From contig JAIETH010000001.1 in NCBI GenBank assembly GCA_019745315.1, forward strand, positions 193,295-257,294: 64,000 nt of DNA, written 5' to 3'. Of this stretch, positions 9,950-18,909 are shown one piece after another. The first letter of the stretch is position 1. Each line of letters starts with the position of its first letter. Made by a program: the position numbers and the translations under genes. Source of the stretch: Patescibacteria group bacterium (GTDB lineage: Bacteria; Patescibacteriota; Minisyncoccia; Phycocordibacterales; UBA918). The notes beneath the pieces are model-generated. The model saw only the letters and a program-made list of their open reading frames with translations, had not been told where the DNA came from and ran no database searches.

Positions 9950-10118
9950 TCTCCTACCGTTAGCTCTTTCGAGCGACTGGTATTCTGGATATCTTCCAGA
10001 CCGAACTGATCTCTTTTGAAACCAGCTTTTCAGAATCTAAATCTAGAATACAAAAAGCTAGTTTCAAAAAGTAAAGAGTATTATGCTACAATTTTTATAA
10101 ATTGTCTAGTTTCATTTT

Positions 10119-10162
10119 AGACATACAAAAAACTCGGCATATGCCGAGTTTTTTGTATGTCT
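10119..10162. terminator. bidirectional terminator, 22-bp perfect palindrome AGACATACAAAAAACTCGGCAT|ATGCCGAGTTTTTTGTATGTCT
   Basis: Directly downstream of the DEAD-box helicase stop. Its core is almost identical to the 3841-3876 terminator. Confidence 0.75.
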
Positions 10163-10172
10163 CTGGATAGAA

Positions 10173-11861
10173 TTATCCTTCGATCATTGTAAGCGCACTA
10201 CCTTTGTTTGCTCCACGTCCTGTGCGACCGATGCGGTGCACATAATCGTCGTAGGTAGCTGGAACATCAAAGTTAATAACATGAGTTACGTTTGCAATAT
10301 CAAGCCCACGAGCTGCAACGTCTGTTGCCACAAGTACTCGCACCTTCCCTTCCTTGAAGAGACGGAGAGCCTGCTGACGCTTTGAGTTATTTTTGTTTCC
10401 GTGAATAGACTCAGCAGTGATACCACCACGCACAAGCTTTCGCTCAAGCGCATCAACTCCATGCTTCGTGCGTCCGAATACGAGTACGCGAGAGAAATCA
10501 GGCTTCTTGAGAAGATCTACAAGAATATCAAATTTATCTGCACCACGTGGTACGCGGATAACATCCTGATCAATGTTCTTTGAAGTATCACGAGTCTTTA
10601 CTGAGATACGTACTGGTTCATTGAGGAATTCGCTAATAAGCTTTTCAATTTCTGAAGACAGAGTCGCAGAGAAGAAAAGTGTCTGACGATCTTTGGGAAC
10701 ACCAGCAAGAAGTGTGCGCATATCGTGCACAAATCCCATATCAAGCATACGGTCAGCCTCATCAAGTACGACTGTACGGAACTGAGCTGTATTAAGCTTC
10801 TTGCGTACAAGAAGATCCTTAAGACGCCCTGGAGTACCAATCACAAAGTGACGATGCGTTTTGAGCGCTTCAATCTGACGACTGATATTTGCTCCTCCAA
10901 ATGCACAAACTGACTTCACTGCAAGATTCTTCACAAAACCTTGAAGCTCTTCTTCAATCTGAATAGCGAGCTCTCGGGTTGGAACCACGATAAGGACGCT
11001 GTGCTTTGGCTCTTTCAAAACCTTGTCGATAAGAGGAATAAGGAATGCTCCTGTCTTCCCTGTTCCGGTGTTTGCAATACCTACCACATCCACTCCCTGG
11101 AGAATGTGAGGAATACTTCTATCCTGAATTGGAGTTGGTGCTGTATATCCTTTGATGGTAATTGCTTTTTTGAGTGTGTCTCCGATTTTAAAGTCGGTAA
11201 ACATGTGCTCAGGCACGAAGTGCTCAATTTCTTCGGTAATTACCGCTTTGTTGATGTAACGGTTTGGGTCAATTTTCTCACCCATTCCTCTGTTTCCACC
11301 TCGTCCACCACCGCCTCCACGTCCTCCGCGAGAAAATCCTCCGCCAGAACGTCCACCAAAATCACGTCCTCCGCCAAACGAAGGTCGAGATGATGGACGT
11401 GGGTTAGAACCCTCGTACGGACGAGATCCCTGGTATCCTCCACGACTTGGAGTACTAGTGCCTGCTGACGATCCACCACGGTATCCTCCTTCGCGAGGAG
11501 TATATGATGATCGTTCTCCTCCTCTATATGGGGCACGAGCTCCATCTGTTGAAGCACTTGCAGCGCGAGCGTTATATGAGCTTCGTGCTGCATATCCTCC
11601 TCCAGTACTTGGTCTCTGTGACGAACCACCAAAACCTCCAGTGCGAGGCGCACGTGAAGCTCCTCCGGTGTATCCACCAGTACGAGGAGCTCCAGATGAA
11701 CTTCCACCACGACCTCTATCTCCTCCACGAGAAAAACCTCCTCTCGAAGATGAGCTTGCTCCACCCGCGCCACGAGGACGAGATGAGCCAAAAGAGCGCC
11801 CGCCACGTGCAGGACTTCCACTATTTCTTTGTTCCATAATATTCTTTACGAGAAAATCCAA
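10173..11861 (-). CDS. DEAD-box ATP-dependent RNA helicase with about 190-aa N-terminal Arg/Gly/Ser-rich (RGG) low-complexity extension
   Basis: Motif I AxTGTGKT, the DEAD box VLDEADRMLDMGF, SAT and HRIGRTGRG. The N-terminus is GC-rich RGG repeats in frame. An internal Met (MGEKIDP) is a possible alternative start. Confidence 0.85.
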   Translation of the reverse strand: MDFLVKNIMEQRNSGSPARGGRSFGSSRPRGAGGASSSSRGGFSRGGDRGRGGSSSGAPRTGGYTGGASRAPRTGGFGGSSQRPSTGGGYAARSSYNARAASASTDGARAPYRGGERSSYTPREGGYRGGSSAGTSTPSRGGYQGSRPYEGSNPRPSSRPSFGGGRDFGGRSGGGFSRGGRGGGGGRGGNRGMGEKIDPNRYINKAVITEEIEHFVPEHMFTDFKIGDTLKKAITIKGYTAPTPIQDRSIPHILQGVDVVGIANTGTGKTGAFLIPLIDKVLKEPKHSVLIVVPTRELAIQIEEELQGFVKNLAVKSVCAFGGANISRQIEALKTHRHFVIGTPGRLKDLLVRKKLNTAQFRTVVLDEADRMLDMGFVHDMRTLLAGVPKDRQTLFFSATLSSEIEKLISEFLNEPVRISVKTRDTSKNIDQDVIRVPRGADKFDILVDLLKKPDFSRVLVFGRTKHGVDALERKLVRGGITAESIHGNKNNSKRQQALRLFKEGKVRVLVATDVAARGLDIANVTHVINFDVPATYDDYVHRIGRTGRGANKGSALTMIEG

Positions 11862-12115
11862 GAACCAAAAGGCTTTTAGGCACTTTTAATTCTTTATAAC
11901 GATTTTCTATAACCTCCGATTTTTATAATAAAAAATTAATCGGGCTTCTCGTAAGTTTTTAGCAGCCTTCTTTATCTATGGCGCTCCGGTTGTACGTGCA
12001 AGAGAGATGCACACCGTAATACGTGCAATATCTTGAAAAACTAATGAGACTAGTTACCCGAAGAATATAGCATAAAAATGCTTTTTTGGCAATATACTCA
12101 CTTAAAAACCTCCTC

Positions 12116-12472
12116 TTAAAGGATGTGCGGGACAAACACAAGTAATCCTACGGCAGCTGCAAAAATACTTGCCAGCAAGACCGCTCCCGCAGCAATATCT
12201 TTTGTATCGCGCGCGAGCGCATGATACTCAGGAGTGGTCAGATCAACATGAGTCTCGAGCGCCGTATTTATCGCTTCCGTAATAACAACAAGCCCCACAG
12301 CGCACACCAAAAGAGCGATCTCTACACTACTCAATTCAAAGTACCAGGCACATACCGCCACACCAAAACACGCACTTAGCTGAATAAGAGCGTGAGGTGT
12401 TTCTTTCACAAAAATAACGACACCGCGCATTGCACAGGAAAGAGCTCGTGCGCGTTCATGTATATATTTCAT
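12116..12472 (-). CDS. dgkA: diacylglycerol/undecaprenol kinase (DgkA family)
   Basis: 118 aa with 3 TM helices and an EAINTALE motif. Confidence 0.75.
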   Translation of the reverse strand: MKYIHERARALSCAMRGVVIFVKETPHALIQLSACFGVAVCAWYFELSSVEIALLVCAVGLVVITEAINTALETHVDLTTPEYHALARDTKDIAAGAVLLASIFAAAVGLLVFVPHIL

Positions 12473-12567
12473 ATAGTAACAACAAAAAAGTAGTGACTAA
12501 TCACTACTTTTTTGCATCCTTCTTTGGCTTTTTCTTTTCTTTTCGTTGTGCGTTATTTCCTTTCGCC

Positions 12568-12600
12568 ATATATATGTATTACCGATCCAGTAATACATAT
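12568..12600. promoter_or_regulatory. 13-bp perfect inverted repeat ATATATGTATTAC-(7)-GTAATACATATAT
   Basis: Seen directly in the sequence, in the intergenic region between dgkA (-) and the L,D-transpeptidase gene (+). Confidence 0.4.
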
Positions 12601-12715
12601 ATTTTACCACCTCATCACATCTTCCTCTTACCCTATTCACACCCCACACTATTAGATTTTGTTCCTATGCTCCTTGTATTTATCAATAGTATTATAGTGG
12701 TATCACAGCATTTGC

Positions 12716-13639
12716 ATGAATCTACGCATACTCTTTTTGGTGGCAGGAATTGTCATTGTACTCGCGCTCATCATTTTTGATGCCCCTACCCGTCTCAAAA
12801 ATTTTAAAGAACGAGACCAGTATGTATCTGTCAGCGTGAAGGATGGCGTGCTTGTCGTGGAGCGCACACAAAAAGCACTCCCTGAAGAAGAGAAAACAAC
12901 TATCGAAAAATTTATTGAGGTAGCAAGTGATATTTTCGAGACCGATGTACCTGAAGAAAAAGAACTCGTTTCATATATTGAAATAACCGACAGCTGTGGC
13001 CCGTATTTCGCAGGCGAATGTCTTAATGCACGCGCAGCGCCAAGTACCACGTCTCCCAAGGTAGGACAACTACGTAAAGGAATGGTACTTCGTACTGGGG
13101 GCACAGTACAAGCTGAAGGACATACCTGGCACTATGTTATTTTTGATGAATGGCTCAGATACCCAGAGCGCGCCACTGAAGGTTGGTATGTGGCAGGAGA
13201 TTATGTCACCCCATTTGATCACGAAACAATGCAAGAAATTAGTGCTGACAGTGAACCAATTGGTTCTAAGAAGATAGTGGTAGATCGTAGTGATCAAAAA
13301 CTGTACGCGTATGACGGCGACACGCTCTTTATGGAAGAAACGACGTCGACAGGCCTCGACACGAGCCCTACCCCCCGAGGAGAATTCGTCGTCTTTAGAA
13401 AAACACCAAGCAGATACATGCAAGGACCACTTCCTGGTGTGAGCGAAGATTATTATGACCTCCCTGGGGTTCCGTGGACTATCTATTTCACAAAAGAAGG
13501 AGCTGCCATACACGGTGCATACTGGCACGATAAGTTTGGGAGCCAGTGGTCTCATGGATGCGTGAACCTTGATATGGAAATCGCCCGAAAACTCTACGAA
13601 TGGGCTGACCTCGGTACTCGTGTAGTAGTGCAGGATTAA
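12716..13639 (+). CDS. L,D-transpeptidase (YkuD domain) with N-terminal TM and SH3b-like domain
   Basis: The catalytic motif HGCVNL, with IHG... upstream. An SH3_3-like segment GQLRKGMVLRTGGTVQAEGHTWHYV. Confidence 0.85.
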   Translation: MNLRILFLVAGIVIVLALIIFDAPTRLKNFKERDQYVSVSVKDGVLVVERTQKALPEEEKTTIEKFIEVASDIFETDVPEEKELVSYIEITDSCGPYFAGECLNARAAPSTTSPKVGQLRKGMVLRTGGTVQAEGHTWHYVIFDEWLRYPERATEGWYVAGDYVTPFDHETMQEISADSEPIGSKKIVVDRSDQKLYAYDGDTLFMEETTSTGLDTSPTPRGEFVVFRKTPSRYMQGPLPGVSEDYYDLPGVPWTIYFTKEGAAIHGAYWHDKFGSQWSHGCVNLDMEIARKLYEWADLGTRVVVQD

Positions 13640-13642
13640 AAA

Positions 13643-14095
13643 CTATTTCTTTTTGTATTGCCTATACGCCCACTCCCCAATTGAAACAAAGATAATAATT
13701 GCTACTGTTCCTACCAAATACACAAGACCCCATACACCACTCATAGCAAGATTATCGAACCATGTAGCGTTTAATGGAGTGGATAGGATACTATAAAATC
13801 CAAGCGGGATTGCTACAGAAGAAAAATAAAGCCAGATTCTAAAAACAAGGTACGAAGATGGTAATAATAAAAGTGGAGAAATAAATAGCACTTTCAAAAA
13901 AGCACCCCAATAAAAAGGAGTCCCTATTGTGTGTAACCAAAAATCAATACATTTACTATCTTCTAATGAACATGTTTCTTTAATAAAGAATAAAGAAAAA
14001 TAAGCAAACAACCATAAACTAAAAAATATAGTGGAAAAAAATATCAACCACTTCTGCTTCCCCTTCCAAAAAGCCCTGTACAAAAATGATTTCAT
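13643..14095 (-). CDS. hypothetical polytopic membrane protein
   Basis: 150 aa with multiple hydrophobic helices and a lysine-rich tail. Confidence 0.45.
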   Translation of the reverse strand: MKSFLYRAFWKGKQKWLIFFSTIFFSLWLFAYFSLFFIKETCSLEDSKCIDFWLHTIGTPFYWGAFLKVLFISPLLLLPSSYLVFRIWLYFSSVAIPLGFYSILSTPLNATWFDNLAMSGVWGLVYLVGTVAIIIFVSIGEWAYRQYKKK

Positions 14096-14109
14096 AGTAA
14101 TAATTAAAA

Positions 14110-16848
14110 TTATTTAAGCATCACCTCTATCTCTTTAAGTATATCAAGAAGTAGTTTTGATTCAGCTTGAGTAATTCCTTTTTTTGTAGATCTTTTAATC
14201 AAGTGCTCAAGTGTATGAATTGCTCCTCGAGAAAGAAATTTTCTTTTTTTATCGATTGATCTCTCTGCTGTTTTTGCAAGAGCTTCGAGTGATCGCTTAA
14301 GTGACCTTGGCGCACTCAACGCCTGTATTGCAGTATTAAGATCATCAAAAAGCTGATCGAGTGATTTTTTTATTGCATCAGGAGAAATATTTTTATCAAC
14401 CGCACCATCACCATTGCTATCGATAGAAAGAGTATTTGTTGTAATATCTGAACCCACCTCAACAGAACCGCGCAACGCACTTGTCACAGGAATGTCAGTA
14501 AATGATTGAGCAGCCACTACTTCGTCATCATCTATATGTTTAATTTTAAATGTAAAAGTTCCCGTAGCAGTACCATCTAAATTCACATTATATGATTCTT
14601 GAGAAGGAAGAGAGATGAAAACACTTTCCCCTATTTCTAAATAGGAAGCATTCGGTATAGTCTGCATAACATACTCCGCATTCGCAGATGCATCCATAGA
14701 CAAACCGACGCGTCCGCCCTCCTCATCACGAATCTCGAGAGAAACGGGTGAATGCATTTCAAGAGCGAGTATCTCTTCTGGGTCAGGTTCGTTTAAAGAA
14801 ACATAGTCTATAGAGCCTACGGATTCATTAATGAGCACGCTCTTTAGTATATTTAACACGGGACCAGATCCGATCATATTCGCATGATCTCTTTTTATGG
14901 GATCTCTTGTTATATTTTTATTATCATTGTAAGTATTTAAATCTACATACAGAGTCTCCACTGGCATAGCAGTCGCACTCTGCAGCACAACCGTTTCATC
15001 GCCAAGAGATGTAATGCGCGGAGTGGCTTGAACTCCATAAAAAGTTTCGCACGTAAGAGCAATGAGTCGCCTACATCCATACAGATTTTTCTTTGTAATA
15101 TATTCAATCCCACTAATGGTTCCAATGCCCCACCCTGCTACTTGCACGATGCGCACATCGGGCTTGCCATCTCCGTCAGAATCTCTCGGCATCCATTCGT
15201 CAAGACGTTCATGAACAGATCCAGCATCAGCGAGTAAGCTAGGAGTCAAAATTACAGGATGTTGTACATCTTTATACACTGGCTCTTTGCGCCCCTCACT
15301 TCCCTGTAGAAAGTTTTGTAACTCTGAGTAACTCGCAATATCTTCTCCATACGGTTTCCTGTAATCAAAAACGGATGCAATACCATCTCCTGTATACCTT
15401 TCACGATCACGTTTTTGTATTGTTGCGGCAAGCTGATCTAAGGAAGAGGTAAACGTCACAACAGGTGTAGAAGTTTGCTCAAAATATTTTTGAGAAGGCA
15501 AAAGGTTATATGCACCCGGTGAATACCGCACCGCATGGCGCCATGTTTCGTCTTCAAGTCCTATAGGAAATCTACTTAATGCGTTTTCCGCCCCATGAAG
15601 CATAGGTAATAACGTTTTTGGTGTACCGAGCTGAGGCACCGCTACTAATACGACGAGGTCAATTTTTGAAAATAGTGGATCGTTTCGTTCCTCTAGGTCG
15701 GCAAGTAATGCTTTGGCGAGCAGCCCACCATTGGAGTGAGCAATAATTGAAACCTTCCCTGTATCAGATGAATTCGCAAGATTATGCAGCTCTTGGTATA
15801 TGTATGGGGTATCTGTCGCTGATAGAAAAGACAACTTTTCATCGGTAACCTTGCCAGAAGTAAGTAATGTATCTATACCCAATCGCCAATCATAGGCTAT
15901 AGCTTTCCACTCTTTAATCTTGTCTTCAGATACAAGCGTATCGAGAGCCTCAGGCAAACCTGCGTATACAGGCACGCCTGATATAAAAGACTCGTACGCA
16001 GTGAGGATAATGTCATTCTCCTTGGTATAGATACCAATTTCTTTACTAGTACCATCCTCGTTCATAAACATATGTTCAACATCATCATCGGCACCAATTC
16101 CTACGTTTGGAGTCCATATTTGATCTTCTGACAGAAGCCCATCTCTGTAGAGATAACTCGATTGCACTCCAGGAAAGAAAGCAACATTAGAGAAACCACT
16201 CGGTGTAGAGGTTGCGGCTATATATTCAAAAACAAATGATCGTGAGTAGTCAGGAAGAGTCTTATCTACGTTATCATCCGTATTAAATTGAATGAAGTGA
16301 AGATAATCTGAAAATTCATATGGCCTGCTATTCCATGTATCAGTCTCTGGGTCGTATGTATCAGCAGTTGCAGGAAACCATACTACTTCAATAGCATATT
16401 TACCTGAAAGAACATCGGGACTACCTATAACCATACGTGGAAAAGCAACAGAAAAATCTTGAATGTCTTGTGAAATATTCTTTCTCACAAAATCATATGT
16501 TTCTCCTTCGATTGGAGTTTGTGACAAATAATTACCTGAATCATCAAGTTTATGCAAAAAGACGTACGCATCGTCATTTGGCGTATAGTTAATCGGTAAA
16601 AGGAAGCGAATCGTCCACTCACTACTTTCATCTATAAAATCTTGTGCATCGATCCCTCCTTCAACAAGCACGCCTCTATAAGTTCCAGAAAGCACAGCAT
16701 TGGGATCCAATTCAAAATCAGCAAAGATTGGTAGCGGTTTTAAAATAAATAAAAAAGCGAGCAATGCGCTCGCAACAATCAATAGACATCGTGGAGTGCC
16801 ACTTAAGGCATCTCTCGAAAGACCGTCAAATATGTGACAATCCCTCAT
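14110..16848 (-). CDS. large (912 aa) secreted protein with alpha/beta-hydrolase (lipase/PGAP1-like) core
   Basis: N-terminal signal/TM. The nucleophile elbow IIAHSNGGLLA (GxSxG-type). Long flanking beta-rich regions. Confidence 0.55.
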   Translation of the reverse strand: MRDCHIFDGLSRDALSGTPRCLLIVASALLAFLFILKPLPIFADFELDPNAVLSGTYRGVLVEGGIDAQDFIDESSEWTIRFLLPINYTPNDDAYVFLHKLDDSGNYLSQTPIEGETYDFVRKNISQDIQDFSVAFPRMVIGSPDVLSGKYAIEVVWFPATADTYDPETDTWNSRPYEFSDYLHFIQFNTDDNVDKTLPDYSRSFVFEYIAATSTPSGFSNVAFFPGVQSSYLYRDGLLSEDQIWTPNVGIGADDDVEHMFMNEDGTSKEIGIYTKENDIILTAYESFISGVPVYAGLPEALDTLVSEDKIKEWKAIAYDWRLGIDTLLTSGKVTDEKLSFLSATDTPYIYQELHNLANSSDTGKVSIIAHSNGGLLAKALLADLEERNDPLFSKIDLVVLVAVPQLGTPKTLLPMLHGAENALSRFPIGLEDETWRHAVRYSPGAYNLLPSQKYFEQTSTPVVTFTSSLDQLAATIQKRDRERYTGDGIASVFDYRKPYGEDIASYSELQNFLQGSEGRKEPVYKDVQHPVILTPSLLADAGSVHERLDEWMPRDSDGDGKPDVRIVQVAGWGIGTISGIEYITKKNLYGCRRLIALTCETFYGVQATPRITSLGDETVVLQSATAMPVETLYVDLNTYNDNKNITRDPIKRDHANMIGSGPVLNILKSVLINESVGSIDYVSLNEPDPEEILALEMHSPVSLEIRDEEGGRVGLSMDASANAEYVMQTIPNASYLEIGESVFISLPSQESYNVNLDGTATGTFTFKIKHIDDDEVVAAQSFTDIPVTSALRGSVEVGSDITTNTLSIDSNGDGAVDKNISPDAIKKSLDQLFDDLNTAIQALSAPRSLKRSLEALAKTAERSIDKKRKFLSRGAIHTLEHLIKRSTKKGITQAESKLLLDILKEIEVMLK

Positions 16849-16921
16849 ATATAAATATTGTATATCAGCTAAAATAGTTCGCCCAAATATATACTGTGCA
16901 AAACTAAAAAATATCTAAGAT

Positions 16922-17317
16922 TTACCTATTCAAAAACGTAATCGTAAGCTGGAGAACTGTTGCAAATGAAACCCAGAGAAGGTATGGAATATTAACTAAG
17001 CTCACCCACTTTGCGTATGGATAAATTGCAACGAGTGCCCAAACAAGAGTACCAAGTATTAAAAGGATATCGATAGATGCGAGCTCATTGTTTTTAAGTC
17101 CAAACTGGAGCGGCGTAAAAAGCGCATTGAATGCAATATTAAGAAGAAATGGGAGCGCAACCATAAATGGGATACGTCCTGTGAAATAGAGATACGCGAC
17201 GTATCCAAAAGAGACTGCAATGATGGCGTAGAGAACTGTCCATACTGGGCCAAAAAGCCATGACGGTGGAGCCCACGAAGGCTTCACAAGTGCCTGATAC
17301 CATCCATATGTTTCCAT
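16922..17317 (-). CDS. tspO: TspO/MBR family tryptophan-rich sensory protein (short form)
   Basis: PSWAPPSWLFGPVWTVLY matches the TspO N-terminal signature. Multiple TM helices. Confidence 0.75.
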   Translation of the reverse strand: METYGWYQALVKPSWAPPSWLFGPVWTVLYAIIAVSFGYVAYLYFTGRIPFMVALPFLLNIAFNALFTPLQFGLKNNELASIDILLILGTLVWALVAIYPYAKWVSLVNIPYLLWVSFATVLQLTITFLNR

Positions 17318-17434
17318 ATATCAAGTATACAGTACATACCCCATATTTCGCGTACACTATATAAAACAAAACTATTGACAAAATCATATAAAAGTAGTAT
17401 TTTCCTCAACAGACCATTTCCCAAAGGAAGATCC

Positions 17435-17896
17435 ATGCTTGCAGCTGCCATCAGCGCGGTGCGTCGCTTTTTCAGAAGCGACGACGCGGAGACCCTTGAG
17501 GCGAGGGAGAAACGCCTTGCAGAGCAACGTGAGCTCGGGGAAAATGCGTATATCCGCATCCGAGAAGCAACAACTCGGAACCAGTTCCATAACCCGCTCA
17601 CGTGCGCCATCGGAATCGGAACTGTAGGTCCTCTCCAGGTCTACACATTCCCGTTCAATGGGAATGGCGACATGTACACCGTCGCTGTGTTCATGTCCGG
17701 TCCCAGTGGCTGGACAGGTGCGATCGAATACAACACCTTCTTCGTTCTTCAGCTGGATATTTCTGTGGGGAGAAATCATGTTTCCCTGCAGACAAAACGA
17801 AATGGCCCCCTCGTAGAAGGGACCATTGACCAGGTCGGCGAGATAATCGCACGCGCCTGCACGCACACTCGCACCTATAATCGCACGGCGAGCTGA
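17435..17896 (+). CDS. hypothetical protein on GC-rich island
   Basis: AAGGAAG RBS 4-5 nt before the ATG. About 58% GC. A hairpin terminator follows. The overlapping minus ORF 17384-17866 is judged to be an artefact. Confidence 0.45.
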   Translation: MLAAAISAVRRFFRSDDAETLEAREKRLAEQRELGENAYIRIREATTRNQFHNPLTCAIGIGTVGPLQVYTFPFNGNGDMYTVAVFMSGPSGWTGAIEYNTFFVLQLDISVGRNHVSLQTKRNGPLVEGTIDQVGEIIARACTHTRTYNRTAS

Positions 17897-17902
17897 ACCA
17901 AT

Positions 17903-17930
17903 CCCAAGAACAGTGTTCTTGGGATTTTTA
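17903..17930. terminator. bidirectional terminator CCCAAGAACA-G-TGTTCTTGGG + T-run
   Basis: Perfect 10-bp stem between convergent genes. Confidence 0.7.
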
Positions 17931-17932
17931 AT

Positions 17933-18511
17933 TTAAAACGAGATAGCGAAAGGAAATGACATTGAAGCTGCATTCTCTTCAAGTCCTGAAGGATTGTCTT
18001 TTTCCAATATCAGAGTTGCATTTCCTGCGTATGCACCAGAGATCATTACGTATGCACGAAATGGTACAAACTCTGTCGTCATCCAGTCTGACTCAGCACG
18101 CGCAGTAACTTTTGCCATCAGTTGCCCCTCAGAATCAAGAATTGTTATAGGAAACACTCCTTCAGAAAACCACTGCCCACGTGCTTTTCCTACAATAGCA
18201 AACTCTGTTCCTGTTACCGCTCCAGGAAATGGTAACTCGACAGTGATCATATCCGCGTCAGCGTTGACATACGTAATATCTGGAGCAATCTCTTTGGCGT
18301 AGGTACGTCCGTCTGGTGTCGTACAACGCGGAGGCTGCATTTCTGATACTGGGTACCCCGCATCAACACAATCCTCATACGATAATACATTTTCTGGAGA
18401 CATATTCTGCTTACGCATTTCCTGCGTATAAAAGAATACAAATACAAGACCTAAAATAATTAGTAATGTTGCTGCAATACCTCCTATTGTATGTGTCATT
18501 TTCATACTCAT
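17933..18511 (-). CDS. Gmad2 Ig-like domain protein, membrane-anchored
   Basis: N-terminal TM. The C-terminal region ARGQWFSEGVFPITILDSEGQLMAKVTARAESDWMTTEFVPF matches the Gmad2/GerMN-associated Ig-like domain. Confidence 0.65.
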   Translation of the reverse strand: MSMKMTHTIGGIAATLLIILGLVFVFFYTQEMRKQNMSPENVLSYEDCVDAGYPVSEMQPPRCTTPDGRTYAKEIAPDITYVNADADMITVELPFPGAVTGTEFAIVGKARGQWFSEGVFPITILDSEGQLMAKVTARAESDWMTTEFVPFRAYVMISGAYAGNATLILEKDNPSGLEENAASMSFPFAISF

Positions 18512-18585
18512 GATTATACTGCATATTTAAAAAGAGTTGTGAGACAGGTATGAATAAACGCTGGACGTATCCAGCGTTTGAAAGA

Positions 18586-18837
18586 TCATGGGCGCGGCAA
18601 AAAGAGAATGACGAGCACAACGACCGCCGCGCAGATCTGCCACCAGTACTTCTTCGCGAACGCGAAGAGTGCGTCGAGAGCTTCCTTGGCGCGATTCTTG
18701 GGAGGATGCCTCCGAAAATCCTGATCGAAGGGCGCGACAATCCAATACGCGCGACCGAAGAGAAAGAAAACAAATCCTGCCACAGCAATCATGGCTGCGA
18801 TCAGGAAGTAGACAGCGATTGTCGGTAAAGATGTCAT
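18586..18837 (-). CDS. small 2-TM membrane protein (84 aa) on GC-rich island
   Basis: AGGAGGG RBS 7 nt upstream of the ATG at 18837. The palindrome AAACGCTGGA-CGTA-TCCAGCGTTT (18549-18572) lies downstream. Confidence 0.5.
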   Translation of the reverse strand: MTSLPTIAVYFLIAAMIAVAGFVFFLFGRAYWIVAPFDQDFRRHPPKNRAKEALDALFAFAKKYWWQICAAVVVLVILFLPRP

Positions 18838-18909
18838 CGTCTGACCCTCCTGTTCTGATAGAACTATACGGAAAAGTGCATTTCGATTCAAGTATGACGG
18901 GATGCGCAC

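Noticed and set aside
9635-10009. RNase P RNA, tmRNA or SRP RNA in the GC-rich 9640-10010 segment; plus-strand ORF 9635-10009
   Set aside because: The P4-like complementary halves are only about 90 nt apart. There is no tRNA-like 3' end, tag ORF or SRP domain IV motif. The minus-strand small ORF with SD and terminator is a simpler explanation. The plus ORF lacks an RBS and opposes the terminator.
11240-11889. ORFs 11240-11821 (-), 11458-11889 (+, Pro-rich) and 11504-11839 (+)
   Set aside because: They are alternative-frame or antisense readings of the GC-rich RGG-repeat tract of the helicase gene. Their low-complexity, stop-free frames are expected from the composition.
17384-17866. Minus-strand 160-aa ORF overlapping the GC-rich island gene
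   Set aside because: The plus-strand frame has an optimal AAGGAAG ribosome-binding site and is followed by a terminator. The minus frame has no start context and is an expected antisense ORF in GC-rich DNA.
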